The notes under the pieces were generated by a model that saw nothing but the letters and a program-made list of their open reading frames with translations, was not told the DNA's origin and searched no databases. The position numbers and the translations under genes are program-made. Shown here piece after piece: positions 27,342 to 38,105 of a stretch of 64,000 nt of DNA (positions within the stretch are counted from its first letter, which is position 1; each line of letters opens with the position of its first letter). Source of the DNA: a virus (lineage: Duplodnaviria; Caudoviricetes); IMG/VR virus record IMGVR_UViG_3300037067_016568, positions 32,001-96,000 of that record. One strand, 5' to 3'.

Positions 27342-27505
27342 AGCCGACTCCTTGACAGCATTAAAGGCACGATACTTAACCTCTTGAGTATCTTTGACAA
27401 TCTAAATACCAAAAATCTAAATCCGTGAACATCATTTCATCATTTCTGTAAAAGGCTGTATCGTAGATAATCAAAGATAGGATATTTAACACGCGGAGAG
27501 AACCT

Positions 27506-29230
27506 ATGCCGACCATCAACCCAAGTTTAGTTCCCACAGTCGCACCTGGGAATCTATTCCAAGCACTGACTGTCGATACAACGCTAAATGTCCGTTGGAT
27601 TACTCCAACAGATCCAGTCTATTATGAGGCAATGAATCGCCCAATGGCGGACATTACTCTCCGGCAACTTATCTTGGCCAAGACACTCGATTCTCTGAGC
27701 ATCAGCATCGGCCACGAAGCAATATTCCCATTCCTAATTCAAGCATATGCCATTGATGCGACCAGTAGTGCACAGCTGCCAAATGGATGGATATGGGACC
27801 TGCACATGTCCACCCCATCAAAATGGCAGGATGTTAGGTTGGCGAAAATCAAGAGGGAAAGTGGAACAAATCCAGGCTCCACTGGCACTTATACTGGCAC
27901 TCTGCGCCTTATCTTTACTGCGACTCAAATTGATTCTACAACAGAAACTGCAATATTCTATGCAGATTATGTGATGGATAGCTCTTTGACATACCAAAGA
28001 GCACGGCTGACCGTATGCACACCTGCTGAAGAACCAGTCGTGATAGATCCAAGCGAAAGCGAGACGATCAAAGGATTCATCACGTTCAGAACATTGCCCC
28101 AAGACGACGCTATAGTCCAGGCATTCTACAACCTGGTCGCACCATCTAGCGTCCTGCCGACAGTATATCAAATCCAAAACTCATCGCCAACAGACTTAAA
28201 CACATATTCAAGTTCTGCTGTTAGTCATGGAACGGGTATGCTGGTCGATAGCTGCAACAACGCCATCCCCAACATTGAGAGCGATGCGTCGTCTTGGTTA
28301 AATGCCTTCAATTATCCTTTTGGTGCAGATGCATCTCGCACATCCAGTGGCACATTTGTCGTCACTATTCCGTCTGGTATGTTTAGAGAATTCAATATTG
28401 TGGCACCTGCTGGAGATGAGCCAACGGGAGATACGAGCGGCACTTACTTTCCGGTGTGGATTAGTAGAATCCAGCCAGTAGGAACAACAAACAACCAGTT
28501 ACGATTCTTCTTTGCGACACACAACGTCACCAGATTAAGTCCATCTCCCGATCCTGTTGAATTCGCAAGGCTTGATCTCCAACGCACGATGGTAGCCGGA
28601 GATATCGTCGCCATTGAGCCGATCAGCGATTTGCTACTGCATGTTGGAACAGATGACGAACTATATTATCAAGATTTTGGGCGAGGACATGTAGTCTTAA
28701 GTTCCGAATGGGGGCCAACTACTACAATTATCGATGATTTCTTTGATGCTTTCAACATCTTGATAGAAGGGCAGAGTGCTGCATTCTTGCAGAGCACCAC
28801 AAGACTCAGTTCATTTGGCATCAGTCGCGTCCCGCGTTTTACTCCAACTGATGGCCAGTGTAGAGCGATGGCCGGAACGACTTCAACTCTTGCATCACCG
28901 ATACCGCCATCTGAAACAAACCGTTTCGTCTCTGAACAAGACCAGGGGCTCGGTGATACCATCGATCTTGAAGCACAAACAGGCATCGTGCCAGTAGATG
29001 GAATCAGCAGATACGGCAATACTGGCGGGCTTGTTCGACGAACAGTTAATCTTTGTATAGACTACACTAAACTACCAGAGGATACCGACACAGCGGCAAA
29101 TGCATTCTATGAAGAGAACGTTCTGCCACGTCTGACAATCTTGTTAGGCCGAAGCCCAATCTGGGGTGATGAATGGTACAACGGCACTACATTTCTTCGG
29201 TTTAACGGCGACACGTGGCAATCTATTTAG
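27506..29230 (+). CDS. Probable virion structural protein
   Basis: 574-aa Thr/Ser-rich ORF heading the tail-appendage operon. Confidence 0.7.
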   Translation: MPTINPSLVPTVAPGNLFQALTVDTTLNVRWITPTDPVYYEAMNRPMADITLRQLILAKTLDSLSISIGHEAIFPFLIQAYAIDATSSAQLPNGWIWDLHMSTPSKWQDVRLAKIKRESGTNPGSTGTYTGTLRLIFTATQIDSTTETAIFYADYVMDSSLTYQRARLTVCTPAEEPVVIDPSESETIKGFITFRTLPQDDAIVQAFYNLVAPSSVLPTVYQIQNSSPTDLNTYSSSAVSHGTGMLVDSCNNAIPNIESDASSWLNAFNYPFGADASRTSSGTFVVTIPSGMFREFNIVAPAGDEPTGDTSGTYFPVWISRIQPVGTTNNQLRFFFATHNVTRLSPSPDPVEFARLDLQRTMVAGDIVAIEPISDLLLHVGTDDELYYQDFGRGHVVLSSEWGPTTTIIDDFFDAFNILIEGQSAAFLQSTTRLSSFGISRVPRFTPTDGQCRAMAGTTSTLASPIPPSETNRFVSEQDQGLGDTIDLEAQTGIVPVDGISRYGNTGGLVRRTVNLCIDYTKLPEDTDTAANAFYEENVLPRLTILLGRSPIWGDEWYNGTTFLRFNGDTWQSI

Positions 29231-29281
29231 TAAGTAACAGTGTACGATAACTCAAATTTATCGTAAAGTCACACTGTTGCC

Positions 29282-29812
29282 ATGATTGATTTAACTGGTT
29301 TGTTTTTGGTCGAGCATCTATATAATGGCCGAATGCTACATTCGTGTCATCTTCATAATAATACCACCGATGAAGGGAAAAATAGATTCCTGAATATCGG
29401 TTTTCATAGGACGCCACAAATAGCAAATTGGTGGATTGGACTTATTGCATATAGTGGTTTTTCTTCGCTATCTGACACGGATACATATCCAGGTATAAAC
29501 GGAAGCAATGCTTGGGATGAATTCACTGATTATACTGATACAAATAATGGTGGAAGTTCCATTACAAGGCCATTGTGGATAACAAATGCTGCGTCAGGAC
29601 AATCAATCACAAATACGACGAAAGCAATATTTCATGCAACCGTAGACAACACAATCAAAGGCTTATTTGTAGTTGGTGGATCACCAAATGCACAAAACAA
29701 AGGAGACAATCTGCCTAGTAACAGCGTCTTATGGGCTACTGCTTTATTCAATACAGACTATCCAGTGTTTAATGGAAGCGTTCTTAGAGTATCATATGCA
29801 GTCAACACATAA
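29282..29812 (+). CDS. Tail-associated protein (short scaffold paralog of 34343-35923)
   Basis: Shares N- and C-terminal blocks with 34343-35923. Confidence 0.7.
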   Translation: MIDLTGLFLVEHLYNGRMLHSCHLHNNTTDEGKNRFLNIGFHRTPQIANWWIGLIAYSGFSSLSDTDTYPGINGSNAWDEFTDYTDTNNGGSSITRPLWITNAASGQSITNTTKAIFHATVDNTIKGLFVVGGSPNAQNKGDNLPSNSVLWATALFNTDYPVFNGSVLRVSYAVNT

Positions 29813-29821
29813 GGAATAATT

Positions 29822-30832
29822 ATGGCTTTACTTTGGATAGATGGATTTGAAGGATATGGCATAAGTGGAACACCATCTGGATTAAGTTCTAGATGGCCGG
29901 GTGCTGGTACAAGCAATCTATCAATTCAACCAGGGCGTGAGAAGGGATATTGTATTAAAGAAACTGCGTCGGTTTATAATATCACAACACCCGCTATCAC
30001 AACAAATCCGACAATTGTTGTTGGATGTGCATTACGATTTGATAGCTTAAACTATGTAAGCTCTATAAAACTATATGAGGGTAGTCTTGGAATCAATATT
30101 ACAATAGATCCATCTGCTTCGACTATTACTACCAAATTAAGCACGACTACAATCGATACATCACCCACACCGAACGAACTCGTCTCAGGTCAATGGTATT
30201 ATGTAGAACTCAAAGTATTTTGTGATTCGACAAATGGAACTGTAGAGGTAAGGATAGACGAAGAAACAGTAGTATCGTTATCAAATACGAACACACAAAT
30301 AGGTTCAAATCCGTACAATGATGTAGTTAGATTCACTATTCAATATGCATCATTGGATGATGTTTATATCTGCGATGGTTCAGGTTCGAGAATAAATGAT
30401 TTTCTGGGAGCGTGTAGAGTGCTTCCTATTTTCCCATCTGATGACACAACAACACTTGATTGGACACCGTATCCGTCCGGATCACACTATATTCGCATAG
30501 ACGAGAATCCACGATCCACCACAGATTACGTTTATAGTAGTACTTCTACCCAAACTGATTTATACAAATATCCACAAATGTTTACAGATGGTGATGGTTA
30601 TACCATATACGGAATACAGGTTGCCACAGTGGCGCAGCTAAATTCTGGAGCGGCTACAGATCTTCAGTCACCGATTGTTTATAATGGTATAACTGATTTA
30701 GGAAATAGCACTACACTTACATCTACCACATACATAGAAACCTTGCATGTAAGTGAAATAGATCCAGACGCAGGATTGCCGTGGACGATTGACAAACTTG
30801 CTGCAGCACAAATTGGAGTGAGGATAGCATAA
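29822..30832 (+). CDS. Tail appendage protein, GFEG family paralog 1 (concanavalin-like beta sandwich)
   Basis: MALLWIDGFEGYG..WYYVELKV..LDDVYICDG..FLG. Confidence 0.7.
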   Translation: MALLWIDGFEGYGISGTPSGLSSRWPGAGTSNLSIQPGREKGYCIKETASVYNITTPAITTNPTIVVGCALRFDSLNYVSSIKLYEGSLGINITIDPSASTITTKLSTTTIDTSPTPNELVSGQWYYVELKVFCDSTNGTVEVRIDEETVVSLSNTNTQIGSNPYNDVVRFTIQYASLDDVYICDGSGSRINDFLGACRVLPIFPSDDTTTLDWTPYPSGSHYIRIDENPRSTTDYVYSSTSTQTDLYKYPQMFTDGDGYTIYGIQVATVAQLNSGAATDLQSPIVYNGITDLGNSTTLTSTTYIETLHVSEIDPDAGLPWTIDKLAAAQIGVRIA

Positions 30833-31839
30833 TGGCTTTACTTTGGATAGACGGATTTGACGGCTATGGAATCGGCACCGGCATCATTGGTCCTGGATAT
30901 AGATATGCTTCTGCTTCCACGTCCAATGATTCTATCGAAGCAGGCTATATGACAGCATATAGCCTTAGACAGTCATCTAGCAGTTTCGCATTCAGAACGC
31001 CCAATTTGACGCAAGATCCAACATTAATAGCCGGTTGTGCGTTTTATGTGACAACCTCAGCTTCGTCTAGATGGATTAACTTTTACGACAATGGCACACT
31101 TGGCATAGGAGTAGAATTTTATACTGTAGACCCTCCGCTTGTAAGAGTACGATTGGGCAGTACTATAATCAATGACACTAACCTTGACTTCACTATTGTG
31201 GCCAATACGTGGTACTATTATGAGGTAAAAGTATTCTGTCATCCCACCAGTGGTTCAGTTGAAGTACGAATAGATGGCAACACAGTTGTATCTCTAACTG
31301 GCATCAATACCAAAGCCGGAACAGATAGCTTTCATAATAATGTGCTGATCTCGCTGCAATATTGTAATATAGATAATTATTACATCTGTGACGGCTCTGG
31401 CGATACTTTAAACAATTTTCTAGGGCCATGCAGAGTAATCGGCCTTTTCCCAAATGAAGATTCAACTCCATTGGATTGGGCACCATCAACTGGAACATCT
31501 CACTACACACTCATAGATGAGCAGTATATAACCTCTTCAGATTATCTATTATCTAGCACGCAAGGAGCAGTGGATTACTATAAATATCCACAAATAGTCG
31601 GCGATGCTACGGTTTTAGGATTTCAAATATCCACTACATGTTGTAATTCATCTGGAACTTCGGTGGTTTTGCAGGCTCCAGTTGAATACAATGGACAAAC
31701 TGAACTGGGGCCACGTACACAAGTCATAGGAACAGCCTATACAGACATAAGGCACATATGTGTAACTGATCCTGACACTGGAGAGCCATGGACGATTGAC
31801 AAACTAGCAAACATGAAAGTCGGTATTAGGATAATATAA
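30832..31839 (+). CDS. Tail appendage protein, GFEG family paralog 2
   Basis: Colinear with paralog 1; TAATG coupling. Confidence 0.7.
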   Translation: MALLWIDGFDGYGIGTGIIGPGYRYASASTSNDSIEAGYMTAYSLRQSSSSFAFRTPNLTQDPTLIAGCAFYVTTSASSRWINFYDNGTLGIGVEFYTVDPPLVRVRLGSTIINDTNLDFTIVANTWYYYEVKVFCHPTSGSVEVRIDGNTVVSLTGINTKAGTDSFHNNVLISLQYCNIDNYYICDGSGDTLNNFLGPCRVIGLFPNEDSTPLDWAPSTGTSHYTLIDEQYITSSDYLLSSTQGAVDYYKYPQIVGDATVLGFQISTTCCNSSGTSVVLQAPVEYNGQTELGPRTQVIGTAYTDIRHICVTDPDTGEPWTIDKLANMKVGIRII

Positions 31840-32849
31840 TGGCGTTGCTTTTTATAGATGGATTCGAATGCTATGGTACGTCTTCTAATATATCGTCAGA
31901 TATAATTCTAAGATATCCCGGTACTTCGACTATCAATATGTATGTTGCTGAAGGCCGAACAGGAGGATATTGTGCAAGACAAAGTGTTGGAAAGACTTTG
32001 ACAACACCCATATTAACAACAAAACACCCGACTCTTATAGTCGGACACGCCATAAGTTTTCAAAACAATTCAGGCAGTTATGCTTCAATAATATTCAGAG
32101 ATAATGGCGTCACAGGAGTTCGAGTCACATTTAATTATCTCGCATCGAATATCGAAGTATATGTTGGAAGTGAGTTGGTAGATACTGTTACTCTTACCAA
32201 TTCATTTGAGCACGATGTATGGTATTATTTCGAAGCTAAAGTTTATTGCCATGATACTAACGGAACAATAGAAGTTCGAATCAATGAAACAACAATCATA
32301 TCGTTGACAGATATCAACACTAAGGTAGGGACTGACTCCTATTACAATGTAATCCGCTTCGACTTCTATTATATCTATATCGATGATATGTATATATGCG
32401 ACGGCTCTGGAACAGCGGTCAATGATTTTCAAGGTGTGTGTCGCATAATAGGTCTGTTTCCGGACGCTGACACTGATACTGTAGAATGGACACCAAATTC
32501 AGGATCAATCCACTATAATCGTATAAATGAAAACCCGGATACTACAACTACTTATTTATCAAGTGCTAGCCAAAATTTAACAGATTTATTTTCGTATCCA
32601 AGTTTAACTGGTATCAATAATATAGCCGGGATACAGATAGCGACCAAAGGAAACAACGATGCCGGCACATGTGCTATTCTGCAAATGCCGATAATATCAA
32701 ACGAAATAACGGATGTAGGTGTAAATCAACAAATAATAGGCACTTCATATATAGAAGTGCAACGTATAAGCATGACAGATCCAAACACAGATCTGCCTTG
32801 GACAATTGATGGTTTAGCAGCAGCATACTTGGGTATAAGGATGATGTAA
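31839..32849 (+). CDS. Tail appendage protein, GFEG family paralog 3
   Basis: Colinear with paralogs 1-2; TAATG coupling. Confidence 0.7.
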   Translation: MALLFIDGFECYGTSSNISSDIILRYPGTSTINMYVAEGRTGGYCARQSVGKTLTTPILTTKHPTLIVGHAISFQNNSGSYASIIFRDNGVTGVRVTFNYLASNIEVYVGSELVDTVTLTNSFEHDVWYYFEAKVYCHDTNGTIEVRINETTIISLTDINTKVGTDSYYNVIRFDFYYIYIDDMYICDGSGTAVNDFQGVCRIIGLFPDADTDTVEWTPNSGSIHYNRINENPDTTTTYLSSASQNLTDLFSYPSLTGINNIAGIQIATKGNNDAGTCAILQMPIISNEITDVGVNQQIIGTSYIEVQRISMTDPNTDLPWTIDGLAAAYLGIRMM

Positions 32850-32877
32850 AATCGGAACCATAAGAGTAGTAAGGCAG

Positions 32878-34341
32878 ATGGTGGAAGTCCTGACAAAAGG
32901 GGACATTCTATCGCCATACACCTACGGACAAGGCAAAGTCACTAGACAAATGATTGACGTACTTGTGTCTGGCGAAGACGCATTGCCTCCATATTTGTAC
33001 GGACAAGGCAAAGTCACTAGACAAATGATTGACGTACTTGTGTCTGGCGGAGATGCATTGCCTCCATATATATATGGAACGTTAAAAATGTCACGGCAAG
33101 TTGTGGAAGTGTTATGTCCACAAGCTTATTATGACTTGGGTGCATATAATGATATTGAATTTGGTCAAGTAGTCAGCCCTCTTGTCGCATCTTCAGCAGT
33201 CCAGTTAATTAAACCGTTAGTGTCTAAAACTGATACTGTCCAAACTATACCTAACGTGGACGTAGTAAACCATGGCGACTTTCCAACGTGGTCAAACAAC
33301 GGCTCATACTGGCAGCAAACAAGACGTGCCATCAATATAAGAGCAGAGTCGAACGCAGCTTGTTTCAACCAAGTGACAACTCAATTCGGCGATACAGGTG
33401 CAGGCACGGCCAAATGGGTCGGAGGTGTAATTGCACCAAACGGCTGCATCTATGGCATACCTCACAGCAGTAATACAATTCTGAAAATCGACCCGACAAC
33501 AGATACAGTCACAACATTCGGAGATGTAGGATCTGATACTTACAAATGGTATGGCGGCGTTCTGGCTCCAAATGGTTACATCTATGGAATACCGTTTAAT
33601 GTTGGAACAATTCTAAAAATCGATCCGACAACAGATACATTCACAACATTTGCGAGTTCTGCATATGGATATGCCGGAGGAGCAGTTGCCGAAAATGGAG
33701 CAATTTATTGTGTCCCATGGAAAACAAATACAACAATTCTGAAGATTGATCCAGAAACAGACATAACCACTGAATTTGGCAGCTTAGCAGCAGATTCATC
33801 AAAATGGAGAAGCGGCATTTTGGCTCCTAACGGCTGCATTTATGGAATACCGGATACTAGCACTAGCGTTTTAAAAATCGACCCATCCACAGATACAGTC
33901 ACAACCTTTGGCAGTCTTTCAGGTAGCTTCAAATGGTTCAGCGGAGTCATCGCTTCTAACGGTATTATATATGGATTACCGGCAAGCAGCACATCTGCTC
34001 TAAGAATTGACCCAACTACAGACACAGTAGCCACCTTCAATGGGTTATCAAGTTCTTCAGGAAGATGCGGCTGTGGCTCTATATCTCCGAACGGGATGAT
34101 TTATTGTCCTCCATGGGACACATCTGCACAGACAGTGTTGAAGATTGATCCCACAACTGACATTATGACACAGTTCGATTCTCTGGGATCAGATGACAAC
34201 AAATGGCTTGGTGCAGTTCTTGCTCCAAACGGTGCTATTTATTGTATCCCTTATTCAGTCAGTGCGGTGCTAAAGATAGGTACTGAGTTAGATGACGTGC
34301 CGTTGGACTTTTGCTTATCACGCTATTTTAACAATTACTAA
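32878..34341 (+). CDS. Beta-propeller repeat protein 1 (putative receptor binding)
   Basis: About 7 x 43-aa W.GGVLAPNG.IYGIP..LKIDP.TDT.TTFG repeats; N-terminal VTRQ repeats. Confidence 0.75.
   Translation: MVEVLTKGDILSPYTYGQGKVTRQMIDVLVSGEDALPPYLYGQGKVTRQMIDVLVSGGDALPPYIYGTLKMSRQVVEVLCPQAYYDLGAYNDIEFGQVVSPLVASSAVQLIKPLVSKTDTVQTIPNVDVVNHGDFPTWSNNGSYWQQTRRAINIRAESNAACFNQVTTQFGDTGAGTAKWVGGVIAPNGCIYGIPHSSNTILKIDPTTDTVTTFGDVGSDTYKWYGGVLAPNGYIYGIPFNVGTILKIDPTTDTFTTFASSAYGYAGGAVAENGAIYCVPWKTNTTILKIDPETDITTEFGSLAADSSKWRSGILAPNGCIYGIPDTSTSVLKIDPSTDTVTTFGSLSGSFKWFSGVIASNGIIYGLPASSTSALRIDPTTDTVATFNGLSSSSGRCGCGSISPNGMIYCPPWDTSAQTVLKIDPTTDIMTQFDSLGSDDNKWLGAVLAPNGAIYCIPYSVSAVLKIGTELDDVPLDFCLSRYFNNY
32923..33069 (+). 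repeat. 75-nt near-identical tandem duplication within the CDS
   Basis: tacggacaaggcaaagtcactagacaaatgattgacgtacttgtgtctggcg occurs twice, 75 nt apart. Confidence 0.9.
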
Positions 34342-34342
34342 C

Positions 34343-35923
34343 ATGAAACCAATACTATCAAATTCAATCAGTCCAGAAGGCGTGTTCTTTGTTGAACATC
34401 TGCGCAGAGGTAGTGTGATAGGCCAGTACCGCATTCCAAATGGTGTTGTAAATCAGGGGAAAAATGACATTTTGAATAGTGTCTTTCATAATAGCACTCA
34501 ACGGCTATACTGGTGGATGGGTTTAATCGATTCTGTTGGATTTCAATCTATATCAGAGCTTGACACTTATTATGGAATCAATCTATACACAGAAGGATTA
34601 ACACTGCCATACTGGCGATTTTATTGGCAATATCGGAAACAAATTACGATATCGAATACAAACGTCGGGGCTAGCGATCTTACCAACTTTCCGCTGTGTG
34701 TCAGAATCATCAATGACGCAGATTTGAGAGCAGCAACAGCTACCGGATATGACATCAGATTTACGGCATCTGATGGCGTGACATTATTAAATTTCGAACG
34801 TGAATATTGGTCCGGTGGTTATGGTACAAACGCGAACGCTGTGTTCTGGGTGCAAGTTCCTCTTATAAGCCACTCTACTACAACGACAATTTATATGTAT
34901 TATGGTAATACTAATGCAACAGATGGGACTAGCATCAACGATACATGGACTTCTGATTACAAGGGCGTATGGCATTTTCCAGAAGTAAAGACAGGAACAG
35001 CTGGCGATTATAAAGACTCGACCTCTAATGCTAATGACAGTACTAGCACATCTAATCAACCCGCTAGAGTAACAGGTGAAATTGGATATGGCCAGTTTTT
35101 TGACGGCACTAAAAACATCTTTATACCGAATGATTCATCATTGACTGTTGCAGACATTACATTATCGATGTGGATCTATCCAAAAAACACTGCAAGTGGT
35201 GCTGATTTATGTGGCTTTGATAGTGGCTATGTTCTAGAAGTTGGGCGACAAGCAAGTGATAAGGTAGGCGCATATTTGTACTTGAATGCCGACTGGCGGG
35301 GTTTTAATTTTCAATGTCCTATCAATTTACTTGAATGGACATATCTTGTATTGGTTTATGATAGTTCTTCTGGTGATCTCAAATTATATGCAAATGGATC
35401 TTTGTATGATACTATCAATTATGCTGGCTCTTATCCTATTACGCATTCCCCATGGACATATAATGTTATAGGAGCATATACTACTTCACGTTATTTTACA
35501 GGCATCATCGATGAAGTTCGCATCTCGTCTGACGTCAAAACAGCCGATCAGATCAACTTCGAATGGTATAACACAACATCCGCCACGCATGAGATAACTT
35601 GGGGTGCAGAAGAACCACTGACAGCATTACCAGGCAACAACTGGCTCGAATTTACTGGTTATACTGATTGTGGTAATACAAATACCCGGCCCTTTTGGGA
35701 TAATATCGAGTCAACTGAGAAATTAGTTACCAATTCTTCTCCGGTGCTATTCGATCTGACTGAAGACTGCACTATAAGCGGCATATTCTTAGTGGGCGGT
35801 ATGAATTCCCAAATAAAGGGCGACAGCACCGTTGGAGTTTTATGGGCGACTGCTATCCCTACAAATAATATAATAGGCGAAGTGTCAGATCAGATCAGAG
35901 TCAGATATTTGGTGAATGTTTAG
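34343..35923 (+). CDS. Tail-associated protein with inserted DUF2341-like and LamG-like domains
   Basis: WQYRKQITI..FPL..DIRFT..FWVQVP..IYMYYGN; FTGIIDEVRIS; flanks paralogous to 29282-29812. Confidence 0.75.
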   Translation: MKPILSNSISPEGVFFVEHLRRGSVIGQYRIPNGVVNQGKNDILNSVFHNSTQRLYWWMGLIDSVGFQSISELDTYYGINLYTEGLTLPYWRFYWQYRKQITISNTNVGASDLTNFPLCVRIINDADLRAATATGYDIRFTASDGVTLLNFEREYWSGGYGTNANAVFWVQVPLISHSTTTTIYMYYGNTNATDGTSINDTWTSDYKGVWHFPEVKTGTAGDYKDSTSNANDSTSTSNQPARVTGEIGYGQFFDGTKNIFIPNDSSLTVADITLSMWIYPKNTASGADLCGFDSGYVLEVGRQASDKVGAYLYLNADWRGFNFQCPINLLEWTYLVLVYDSSSGDLKLYANGSLYDTINYAGSYPITHSPWTYNVIGAYTTSRYFTGIIDEVRISSDVKTADQINFEWYNTTSATHEITWGAEEPLTALPGNNWLEFTGYTDCGNTNTRPFWDNIESTEKLVTNSSPVLFDLTEDCTISGIFLVGGMNSQIKGDSTVGVLWATAIPTNNIIGEVSDQIRVRYLVNV

Positions 35924-35931
35924 GAGATCAG

Positions 35932-37065
35932 ATGTCTTTCTATAAGCCTTTAGTAGTCAAATCAAAAACGATTGAATCTCTAGCAGGCGGCGATATGCTA
36001 GGGCACGGTGACTTCCCACTGTGGGATAAAAATACTTTATCGTGGCCTCTATTACGAGATGCAATATGCAGCAGAGTTGGATTAAATAGAGCCGGTTCTC
36101 AAAGGACGATATCAACGTTCGGAAGCGTTTCGGCATCTGGCGATAAATGGCTTGGTGGTGTTCTAGCACCGAATGGCTACATTTATGGGATACCGAGAAG
36201 TGTCACAGAAGTACTAAAGATCGACCCAACTACCGATACAGTGACAACATTCGGAAATGTAGGAGCCGGGTCTGCTGAGTGGGCAGGCGGTGTTCTAGCA
36301 CCAAATGGCTATATTTACGGGATACCATTGGAAAATACAGCGATATTGAAAATTGATCCGAACACTGATACTGTTACGACGTTTGGTAATATCTCTGGCA
36401 GCACCAAATACCACGGTGCAGTTGTAGCAACAAACGGCATGATCTATGGTATTCCATGGGGAGCGACAGAGGTGCTAAAGATTGATCCTACTACTGATAC
36501 AGTGACAACATTCGGCAGTCTATCAGGGACAAACAAATGGCAAGGCGGTGTTCTTGCACCGAATGGTATGATTTATTGCATACCTGGTGGAGCGACAGAG
36601 GTGCTAAAGATTGATCCTACTACTGATACAGTGACAACATTCGGCAGTCTATCAGGATCTTATAAATGGTTTGGTGGTGCTCTAGCTTTAAATGGTATGA
36701 TTTACAGTGCGCCTCAAGATGCGTACTATGCACTAAAGATAGACCCAACAACAGACACAGCGACGACAATTGGCACTTATTTGAGCGGAGCATATAAATT
36801 TATTGGGTGTGCTTTAGCACCTGATGGACTGATCTACGGCATACCGTGCAATGATACCACAGGATATGTAATCGATCCAGTTACGGACACAACGGCAACA
36901 TATGGCAGCCCAGGAAGTGGCGATAAATGGAATGGCGGTGTCCTAGCACCAAATGGTTGCATATATGGAATGCCATATGATGCAACAACCGTTCTTAAGT
37001 TGGGCGGTCCTATGGATGATGTGCCAGAAGGTTTTTGTTTGTCTCGGCACTACAACAAAGTTTAG
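35932..37065 (+). CDS. Beta-propeller repeat protein 2
   Basis: Same 43-aa repeats; about 67-nt exact duplication 36461-36527 / 36590-36656. Confidence 0.75.
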   Translation: MSFYKPLVVKSKTIESLAGGDMLGHGDFPLWDKNTLSWPLLRDAICSRVGLNRAGSQRTISTFGSVSASGDKWLGGVLAPNGYIYGIPRSVTEVLKIDPTTDTVTTFGNVGAGSAEWAGGVLAPNGYIYGIPLENTAILKIDPNTDTVTTFGNISGSTKYHGAVVATNGMIYGIPWGATEVLKIDPTTDTVTTFGSLSGTNKWQGGVLAPNGMIYCIPGGATEVLKIDPTTDTVTTFGSLSGSYKWFGGALALNGMIYSAPQDAYYALKIDPTTDTATTIGTYLSGAYKFIGCALAPDGLIYGIPCNDTTGYVIDPVTDTTATYGSPGSGDKWNGGVLAPNGCIYGMPYDATTVLKLGGPMDDVPEGFCLSRHYNKV

Positions 37066-37080
37066 CAAAGGAGGTGTGTA

Positions 37081-38103
37081 ATGCTATTACTTGTTGAAGG
37101 TTTTGAAGGTTTTGGAACAGCCACTGGTGTCAATGTTAGCTCCTATATCCGTGAGAAATACAATGGAGACCCCGGAGCGTTCTATCTAGACGATGGAGCA
37201 TATGGTGGTTACAGCATATATAGCGACACTACCGGCATAACACGATGGATGGGCCTTGGATTTGATACATCGTCGCCTACCATTTATTTCGGCTTTGCAA
37301 TGAAAGGCGTTGCAAATACTACAGTTAATATGCTTTATTTCTGGACTGGGCCAACTACTAGACAGGCAGTTTATTTTACATGGACTTATAACACAGGCGA
37401 AATCACCGCCAGAACATATGGTGGCTCTACACTTGGCACTACAAGTGGTGCTGGTATAACAGTAGGTAGTGGATGGCATTATGTCGAGATTAAAGCCTAT
37501 TGTCATACAACTAACGGCACAATTCAAATTGTGGTTGATGGGGCTTCTAGGCTGGAGTGCAGTGGAAACACAAGCAGCTTATATGGAGAAGCCTATTACA
37601 ATAATATTAATGTAGACGTAACATCTCAGCTTCGTCTTGATGATATGTATATTCTTGACGATACCGGAACAATAAACAACACTTTTCTTGGCCGCCAATG
37701 CGTCGTTGGAATACTACCAGCAAGCGATACGTCGACAGAAGAATGGTCGCCTAGTTCTGGAACGTCTCACTATGATTTAATAGATGAAAATCCAACCGAT
37801 GGTGATACGACCTATGTAGCAGATGATACTACAGGCCATAGAGATTTATATGGTTATAGTCAGTTTACCCAAAGGTCGATTACAGGTATCCAAATTAATA
37901 CCGTTTGTAAAACGCCAGATTCTGCTACTGGTATCAAAATCAATACAATGTCTGGCGGGACGGTTTATAGCGGGCCAAGCCAGTCTATATCTAGCGCATC
38001 TTATGGTACTGTCAAAAGAATTGAAGAAATAGACCCAGATACATCGGATTTTTGGACGACGGAAGGATTAAATGCAGCTAAATTTGGATTTGAAGTGGGA
38101 TAA
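37081..38103 (+). CDS. Tail appendage protein, GFEG family paralog 4
   Basis: MLLLVEGFEGFG; colinear with paralogs 1-3; GGAGG RBS. Confidence 0.7.
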   Translation: MLLLVEGFEGFGTATGVNVSSYIREKYNGDPGAFYLDDGAYGGYSIYSDTTGITRWMGLGFDTSSPTIYFGFAMKGVANTTVNMLYFWTGPTTRQAVYFTWTYNTGEITARTYGGSTLGTTSGAGITVGSGWHYVEIKAYCHTTNGTIQIVVDGASRLECSGNTSSLYGEAYYNNINVDVTSQLRLDDMYILDDTGTINNTFLGRQCVVGILPASDTSTEEWSPSSGTSHYDLIDENPTDGDTTYVADDTTGHRDLYGYSQFTQRSITGIQINTVCKTPDSATGIKINTMSGGTVYSGPSQSISSASYGTVKRIEEIDPDTSDFWTTEGLNAAKFGFEVG

Positions 38104-38105
38104 CA

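Noticed and set aside
32923-36656. Near-identical repeats in tail genes as a possible DGR template/variable pair
   Set aside because: In-frame tandem duplications, no adenine-specific mismatch pattern, no reverse transcriptase in the window
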